Below are positions 9,362 to 13,949 of a stretch of 13,949 bases of DNA, piece by piece. The position numbers and the translations under genes are program-made. Position 1 is the first letter of the stretch, and the number at the start of each line of letters is the position of its first letter. The DNA comes from an uncultured Pirellulaceae bacterium (GTDB lineage Bacteria > Planctomycetota > Planctomycetia > Pirellulales > Pirellulaceae), in the NCBI GenBank assembly GCA_964398215.1, contig CAYNNP010000139.1:1-13949 (forward strand), written 5' to 3'. Below the pieces are notes generated by a model. It had not been told where the DNA came from. It ran no database searches and saw only the letters and a list, made by a program, of their open reading frames with translations.

Positions 9362-9586
9362 GATGTTTTATTGTCGTCGCTTGTCTGGCGTGCGAACGCT
9401 AGGTGTTTGGTTACATGAATGGGCAAGGCATCGGTCGCGTCTTGTGCAAATCGACCGGTCGTGTGCCGGTCAACGATGACAGGCGCGGTGCACTTGCCAT
9501 GCGTTTGCCAATCAAAACAGCATCCCAGGTCTCTCTCCCGAGGCAAGCCCGAGTAGAGAGGATTTTGGATGCGTGCGTGCGAGCCG

Positions 9587-11692
9587 TTAGGCCTTGCCGG
9601 CTTTTGGCGATCCATTGCTGGCGACCTTGTTGCTGGTCAGCAGACGGCCAGCCTTTTGATCCGCAACCTTGGCACTGCCAGCTGCACCTAGCAAGCTAGT
9701 TAGCTGGGTGCGAACGTCGTCGGTCGTGGCCAGACCCATCATTTTGGCAATCAAAGCGGCGATCGAAAGATCTTTCACGCCGTCAGTGTCCAAATTGAAG
9801 TGGTCGAGCATGCCGCTAAGCTGATCGCTAAAGTACTCCGCATTCCCATCGAAGAACGTGTCCTTGATGTCGGTTGCCACACGGCTGTTGTAGACGAATC
9901 GGTCGATCGCCTTGCCGCCTTTGACAGCCGAAGTAATCTGGTCGAAGAATTCGCCATCGCCACCGACAATGTCGATACGCGCTGCTTTGAGTGCTTCGCC
10001 AACCACGCCAGCTTGACTCTCCGCGATTCCACGCTGAGCATCGATTGCAGCGATCTCGACATCCTTTTCTTTGGTAAGCGTCAACTTGAACTCTTCGTGC
10101 TCTTTGCCCACGCTGTCCAGCAGCTTCATCGCTTCGGCCTTTTGCGTGATGCCATCGGCTTCGGCGCGGTACTTCTCCAAGTCCACGTTGGCTTCGGCCA
10201 AACCTTGCTTTTCGACCGCAGTCGCTTTCGCCTCGATACCCTTTGCTTCGGCAACAGCCTTTTTCTCAAAGACCACAGCTTCCGCACTGCCCTCTTTCTC
10301 TAGACTGACAGCTTTCGCTTCCTGGACCGTCGCTTCGGCTAGGCCAGCAGCAGCTTTGGTAGCGGCTTCGCCTTCGGCCAACATCTTCTTTGCAGAAGCG
10401 TCTTTTTCGGCCGCGTCGCGTTTCGCCTCGGCTTCGATACGAACCTTTTCCGCCAACATCTCGCTAGCATCACGTTCGGCCTGAGCCAATTTGGTTTGGC
10501 GAATCAGCTCTTCTTCGGCCTTCATTTCTGCAGCCGTAACCTGAACCTTCTTCAGACGCTCGGCCTGCGCGACTTCTTCGGTATCCTTGATCCGCTCCTT
10601 TTCTTCGACCACGGCACGTTCAACAGCGACCCGTTCGCGAATCACTTCTTGGATATTCCGCTTTTCGGTTTCGATTGCCTTTTCTTTTTCGACTTCTGCA
10701 ACGCCAACCAGTCGCATTCGTTCGGTCGCTTCCAATTCGCGATCACGATTCACACGCTCCAGTTCAACCGCGTCTGTCTTTTCTTTGCTACGCTGAGCAA
10801 CCAAGACCTGTCGCATTTTGTTTTCTTCCGCGACGCCCAGTTCTTCTTCGGTAGCGATTCGAGCTCGCTCCGATTCCAGACGTTGCTCTTCTTCGACCTT
10901 TTTAGCGGAAGCCTGCTCGCGAGCCGAAACCTCAGCAATTTCACGCTTCTGCTTCTCGACCGCTTCAACCCGCTGACGTTCCAGAGAAAGAATCGTTTCT
11001 TCCGCCTCGACATCCTGCTTCTTCAGCGTCTTTTCTTTGTCACGTGTGAATTGGTTTTCCTTGACCTTTTCGTTCGACGTCAATTCCGTGATCTTCTTGA
11101 TGCCTTCTGCGTCCAAGATATTGGTTGGGCTAAGCAATTCGATCGGAGTTTGTTCCAAGTAATCGATCGCCGCGTCATCAAGACAGTAACCGTTTAGATC
11201 GGTACCGATGACTTTCAGAATTTCGTCTTTGAACTTATCGCGTTGGTCATACAGTTCTACAAAGTCAAATTGCTTGCCCACCGTCTTGAGTGCCTCAGAG
11301 AACTTGGCGTCGAACAATTCACGCAACGTCTCCAGTTCGCTACAACGCCGTGCACCGATCGACTGGGCGACCTCTTTCATTTCTTCTTCCTTGTTATTCA
11401 CACGGATGAAGAATGCCACTTTGATGTCAGCTCGAATATTGTCTTTACAAATCAAACCCTCACTACCCTGTCGGCTGATTTCAAAGCTCTTGAGTGTCAG
11501 GTCCATGTGTTCGACGCGGTTGATCACTGGATAGACCAGCATGCCGCCAGCGGTTTGGACAGCCATTCCGCCCATTCCGGTTTTGACGATTGCCTTGTCA
11601 GGCCCAACCACGATGTAACACCGCCGCACGACGGTAACGATCACGACCACCAATACGATGAAGGCGACGATAACACCAATTGCTAATTCCAT
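9587..11692 (-). CDS. SPFH/Band-7 flotillin-family protein (YqiK/FloT-like, 701 aa) with N-terminal membrane anchor and extended Ala/Glu/Lys coiled coil
   Basis: The N-terminal hydrophobic anchor is MELAIGVIVAFIVLVVVIVTVV. The SPFH core is IVVGPDKAIVKTG...EISRQGSEGLICKDNIRADIKVAFFIRV. A roughly 300-aa EA/K-rich coiled coil follows (RLESERARIATEEELGVAEENK...AEAKRDAAEKDASAKK). A flotillin-type C-terminal region is present. The ATG at 11692 lies 2 nt after the TGA of the upstream gene. A GGAGA SD sits 7 nt upstream. Confidence 0.9.
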   Translation of the reverse strand: MELAIGVIVAFIVLVVVIVTVVRRCYIVVGPDKAIVKTGMGGMAVQTAGGMLVYPVINRVEHMDLTLKSFEISRQGSEGLICKDNIRADIKVAFFIRVNNKEEEMKEVAQSIGARRCSELETLRELFDAKFSEALKTVGKQFDFVELYDQRDKFKDEILKVIGTDLNGYCLDDAAIDYLEQTPIELLSPTNILDAEGIKKITELTSNEKVKENQFTRDKEKTLKKQDVEAEETILSLERQRVEAVEKQKREIAEVSAREQASAKKVEEEQRLESERARIATEEELGVAEENKMRQVLVAQRSKEKTDAVELERVNRDRELEATERMRLVGVAEVEKEKAIETEKRNIQEVIRERVAVERAVVEEKERIKDTEEVAQAERLKKVQVTAAEMKAEEELIRQTKLAQAERDASEMLAEKVRIEAEAKRDAAEKDASAKKMLAEGEAATKAAAGLAEATVQEAKAVSLEKEGSAEAVVFEKKAVAEAKGIEAKATAVEKQGLAEANVDLEKYRAEADGITQKAEAMKLLDSVGKEHEEFKLTLTKEKDVEIAAIDAQRGIAESQAGVVGEALKAARIDIVGGDGEFFDQITSAVKGGKAIDRFVYNSRVATDIKDTFFDGNAEYFSDQLSGMLDHFNLDTDGVKDLSIAALIAKMMGLATTDDVRTQLTSLLGAAGSAKVADQKAGRLLTSNKVASNGSPKAGKA

Positions 11693-11694
11693 GT

Positions 11695-12453
11695 TCAGTT
11701 CTCCGATTTTATTTCTGTGACGGTGTAGATTTTTTTGTCAGCGTCGTAGTCAACGATTCTTGCTTCGGTTCCACGGGACAGGGAGGAACTCTTGGTGCGT
11801 ACATTCAGAAGCAACGGTGATGCTTCTGTGCGAAATTTAGCTTGCCCGGAAGTGGGGGTCGCTTCGAGGGACGAAATTTCGCAAGTACAACCAACAATTC
11901 TTCGATTGTCGTATCCTGGTTTTGGTGTAAACGCACTGACCATGGGGTTGGTAACCAGTTTTGTGATTACAACCGCCATAACCGCGTTACGTATCGAAAG
12001 CAGGATAGTTGGAAGTAGCTCGGCCGAGTACCTTTGCTTGTCAAATGAATGCCAAAGTACGTATGCCAATGCCCAAAAGGAGGCTGTGAATACGCCGCCC
12101 CAAATTGCGATCGGCACGCGGCCAAAGTTGGTCCATTTGACGGTCAAGGCGCCCAAGCTGGCCAGCAAACCCTGCCCGCTAAGTTCTAGTCCAACATCCC
12201 CATCGGATACAGCAAACTCGCCAGCATCCAAATTCGGTGTGTGAACAGAAGGATCGATATCCAAATCTAGGTCGACGTCAACATCCAGATCCAAGTCCAG
12301 ATCGACGTCTGCATCCATTCCCAAGTCAACGAATCCAAACAAAGCCACCACGGCATAGACGCACATCAAACTGAACAGCACTGACGCTGGCCAGAGGGGA
12401 CCGACGAATAGTTCAGTTTCGACTTGATTTAGAAATTCTTCCACGACTCTCAA
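11695..12453 (-). CDS. NfeD/YqiJ-like (DUF1449-type) inner-membrane protein with C-terminal OB-fold; start uncertain (TTG at 12453 per ORF track, GTG at 12444 more plausible)
   Basis: The protein has two or three hydrophobic helices (LWPASVLFSLMCVYAVVALFGFV; GLLASLGALTV...IAIWGGVFTASFWALAYVLW; LLPTILLSIRNAVMAVVITKLV). The C-terminal beta-rich tail (RIVGCTCEISSLEA...ARIVDYDADKKIYTVTEIK) is typical of the NfeD short-form OB domain. It sits directly upstream of a flotillin, which is the classic yqiJ-yqiK/nfeD-floT arrangement. AAGGAG lies immediately 5' of the TTG with only a 1-nt spacer, and 10 nt before the GTG at 12444. Confidence 0.75.
   Translation of the reverse strand: MRVVEEFLNQVETELFVGPLWPASVLFSLMCVYAVVALFGFVDLGMDADVDLDLDLDVDVDLDLDIDPSVHTPNLDAGEFAVSDGDVGLELSGQGLLASLGALTVKWTNFGRVPIAIWGGVFTASFWALAYVLWHSFDKQRYSAELLPTILLSIRNAVMAVVITKLVTNPMVSAFTPKPGYDNRRIVGCTCEISSLEATPTSGQAKFRTEASPLLLNVRTKSSSLSRGTEARIVDYDADKKIYTVTEIKSEN
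11700..11704 (-). promoter_or_regulatory. Shine-Dalgarno (GGAGA) for the flotillin gene, embedded in the 3' end of the upstream NfeD-like gene
   Basis: The minus strand reads AAAATCGGAGAACTGAACATG, with a 7-nt spacer to the ATG. Together with the 2-nt stop-start gap this indicates translational coupling. Confidence 0.5.
12253..12327 (-). repeat. Imperfect hexanucleotide repeat encoding an acidic (D-L/V) dipeptide run: DLGMDADVDLDLDLDVDVDLDLDID
   Basis: The plus strand reads atcgatatccaaatctaggtcgacgtcaacatccagatccaagtccagatcgacgtctgcatccat. This is inside the NfeD/YqiJ-like CDS, in the loop after the first membrane helix. Confidence 0.7.
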
Positions 12454-12460
12454 GCTCCTT
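12454..12460 (-). promoter_or_regulatory. Canonical AAGGAG Shine-Dalgarno preceding the NfeD/YqiJ-like gene
   Basis: The minus strand reads CTCAAGGAGCTTGAGAGTCGTG. This is one of the few strong SDs in the window. Confidence 0.5.
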
Positions 12461-12822
12461 GAGACAATTGGCCCGTACAGTAGACCTTTAGCTTACGTAT
12501 ATGGCATCAACGCCAAGCCGCTGGGGCGCTCAAGTCGATTGATTTTGGCCAAATTCCGGGTTCGTCGCCTTAGACTTGCAACCTAGCGAATGCCATTCTG
12601 AGCCACCCGACCATCGCCGCCGTCGTCCTGGGTCTCTGCGATCCAAAATCTCACCAGCCGAATCTGGCGACCAAGGCTCCGATCTCACACCTCGCGATTC
12701 GAAAGACCAGGTCATGCCTTGTGAAGCAGGAGTGCGTCTGCGCGAACTACGCTTCGCATCTAATTTGGCGGGCTTGGTGTTGCTTGGATGAACATTCGGC
12801 CACTCGGTTGTGGTCCACAGTG

Positions 12823-12846
12823 GAAATAAAAAGAAGTTTTATTTTT
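12823..12846. other. 30-bp pure A/T island forming an all-A:T hairpin (aaataaaa-agaag-ttttattt) in an otherwise GC-rich intergenic leader
   Basis: The sequence ggaaataaaaagaagttttatttttctta was read directly. It lies immediately downstream (minus sense) of the mini-ORF stop and about 370 bp upstream of the NfeD-like start. It is too AU-rich to be a classical intrinsic terminator. It could be an UP-element, a nucleoid-protein site or a weak terminator. Confidence 0.35.
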
Positions 12847-12874
12847 CTTAGTTCAGCGACTCAGCCAGCGAGCC

Positions 12875-12982
12875 TTAGCCACCAGCGCTGGCTACCAGCG
12901 CGCCAGAGATGAAGCCAACCCATACGACCACGTATACCAGAACCGGACTATCAATCGGTTTGTCTTTTTGTGCAGTTGCCAT
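12875..12982 (-). CDS. Candidate 35-aa single-helix membrane mini-protein (MATAQKDKPIDSPVLVYVVVWVGFISGALVASAGG), below the ORF-track size cutoff
   Basis: The ATG at 12982 is preceded by GGAGA (12988-12992) with a 5-nt spacer: cattGGAGAacagcATG. The stop TAA is at 12875-12877. The peptide has a polar N-terminus followed by a 20-residue hydrophobic stretch. The A/T hairpin island follows it. It lies upstream of, and on the same strand as, the NfeD-flotillin-ATPase module. Confidence 0.35.
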   Translation of the reverse strand: MATAQKDKPIDSPVLVYVVVWVGFISGALVASAGG

Positions 12983-13042
12983 GCTGTTCTCCAATGGATC
13001 AATGCGTGTTGCGCTAGTCCGTTAGCGAAGAAACAAAAGCCT

Positions 13043-13123
13043 GGGTAAGTGACGCGAATCCATCAGCCTAATCTGGCACTGACAGAGCAAGTAAATCTCT
13101 GCGTCGACTTGGCCCACTTACCC
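13043..13123. repeat. 9-bp inverted repeat gggtaagtg (13043-13051) / cacttaccc (13115-13123) separated by 63 bp, in the leader of the downstream secreted-protein gene
   Basis: Read directly from the sequence. It lies about 160 bp upstream of the ATG at 13281. Confidence 0.4.
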
Positions 13124-13280
13124 CATAAACGGATTCAATTTCAAAACCGGACAACTAATTTCCCGGGATGATTACTGCCCATTTTTCGCCGTAGAAATTC
13201 GCGCATCAACTTGTAGCTTGTGTCATCTACCAGGAAATACTGATTCCAAGTTCTGACCCCATTCAAGTCGAGAGATAACC

Positions 13281-13949
13281 ATGCGAATTCCAAAAGTAGT
13301 TGTTTTAGCCATCGCCTTGCCGCTTCTGATTCAAGCAACAAATGCACGCGGCGACGGATCCGCTCTCAAGTTGCACGTCCACCAAAAAGGCCGTTTCGAA
13401 GCGATGATGCCTTCTTCGGCGGTCGATTCAGTGGTCAACGGCAAAGAACTCGTTGACATGAAATTCATATCAGAAGCCTTGGCCGATAATGTTTCTTATC
13501 GCGTTCGCGTGCAAGTCATTTCACCTATCGACCTAGGTGACAAACTCACAAAACAAATGTCGCAGAACTACTTGGCTCAAGCTCGCAAGGCTCACACTCG
13601 GGCTTCTGGCAACCGATTGGAGAAGGACATCGAATTCAAACAGCATGGATTTGATTGCGCCGAGTTTTCCTATGCTCTCAAAAACGGAATATCGATACGT
13701 CATCGAATCATGTTCGATGGCCTGCGGCTTTACTTGGCATCTGTGGCTGGCTCTCCGCAATCGATCAAGGCAGCAGCGGCAGAGTCGTTTCTGGATTCAG
13801 TTGGCCCCAAGGGTGCTAACGCAAAGAAAGCGGCATCGCCCAGAAAAGTGTCCGTCGCACCCCAGCCCGTTCCTTCAGACATGAAGCGATCGTCCAGAAA
13901 ACCGGTCGCCGGAACCATGAAGCGATCGCCTAGAAAAGCGGCCGCCACA
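13281..13949 (+). CDS. Secreted/exported protein of unknown function, 3'-truncated by the window edge (at least 223 codons, no stop reached)
   Basis: The ATG at 13281 has a weak GAGAGA SD 6 nt upstream. A classical signal peptide is present: MRIPKVVVLAIALPLLIQATNA|RG. The frame stays open to the last base of the window. It is absent from the ORF track because no stop is reached. The C-terminal part becomes Lys/Arg/Pro/Ala-rich (KKAASPRKVSVAPQPVPSDMKRSSRKPVAGTMKRSPRKAAA). Confidence 0.6.
   Translation, partial: MRIPKVVVLAIALPLLIQATNARGDGSALKLHVHQKGRFEAMMPSSAVDSVVNGKELVDMKFISEALADNVSYRVRVQVISPIDLGDKLTKQMSQNYLAQARKAHTRASGNRLEKDIEFKQHGFDCAEFSYALKNGISIRHRIMFDGLRLYLASVAGSPQSIKAAAAESFLDSVGPKGANAKKAASPRKVSVAPQPVPSDMKRSSRKPVAGTMKRSPRKAAAT
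13881..13949 (+). repeat. Tandem 33-36-nt repeat (atgaagcgatcg[t/c]c[c/t]agaaaa...), two copies visible before the window ends, encoding MKRSSRKPVAGT / MKRSPRKAAAT
   Basis: Read directly from the sequence. The mirror-image ORF 13730..13948 on the minus strand is a by-product of the same repeat. Confidence 0.6.

Noticed and set aside
10071-11197. Plus-strand ORFs 10496..11197 (233 aa, Phe/Leu-rich) and 10071..10484 (137 aa, Ser/Ala-rich) inside the flotillin gene
   Set aside because: They are mirror images of the GAA/AAG/GCN-rich coiled-coil codons of the flotillin. The extreme F/S/A bias is the expected antisense translation.
11792-12244. 150-aa plus-strand ORF antisense to the NfeD/YqiJ-like gene
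   Set aside because: It overlaps a gene with clear membrane-helix and OB-fold features on the other strand. It has no start context.
12530-12912. Small ORFs 12530..12715 (-), 12576..12791 (+), 12721..12912 (+) in the long leader
   Set aside because: They are Arg/Pro/Ser-rich low-complexity translations with no SD. The region is better explained as a regulatory leader. The only convincing small ORF there is the SD-led 35-codon one at 12875..12982.
13141-13347. 68-aa minus-strand ORF overlapping the start of the secreted-protein gene
   Set aside because: It overlaps the SD and signal-peptide region of a better-supported plus-strand gene. It has no start context.

Overview
This ~13.9 kb window is moderately GC-rich and looks bacterial. 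Most genes lack a Shine-Dalgarno (SD) sequence, several genes are very long, and the codon usage points to a Planctomycetota (Pirellula-like) genome; that assignment is inference only. It contains two gene blocks. The first, on the plus strand, is a hypothetical ORF of 256 codons followed by a two-subunit 2-oxoacid:ferredoxin oxidoreductase pair (korA-like 1092..2972 and korB-like 3037..4044). The second, on the minus strand and convergent with korB, is a tightly linked three-gene module (12453 -> 4112). It encodes an NfeD/YqiJ-like membrane protein with an OB-fold, then a 701-aa SPFH/flotillin (YqiK-like) protein whose start lies 2 nt after the upstream stop behind a good SD. After a 225-bp gap comes a 1749-aa soluble protein with a single AAA+ ATPase core (Walker A GYGKT, Walker B LYLDDIQH, sensor-1 AGNP, DRF arginine-finger region) between large non-ATPase N- and C-terminal regions. 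The NfeD+flotillin pair is a known operon type. The giant AAA+ partner is the unusual part and is the best candidate for an undescribed membrane-microdomain-associated ATPase system. Smaller observations are a cluster of nested hairpins at the left edge (1..123), a hexanucleotide (D-L/V)n acidic repeat inside the YqiJ-like gene, and a 35-codon hydrophobic mini-ORF with a strong SD upstream of the module. There is also a 30-bp pure A/T hairpin island, a 9-bp inverted repeat in the leader of a 3'-truncated secreted-protein gene (13281..>13949), and SPKK-like basic 36-nt tandem repeats at the right edge. I found no tRNA, rRNA, CRISPR array or transposase. All family assignments come from motif recognition by eye, since no database search could be run.
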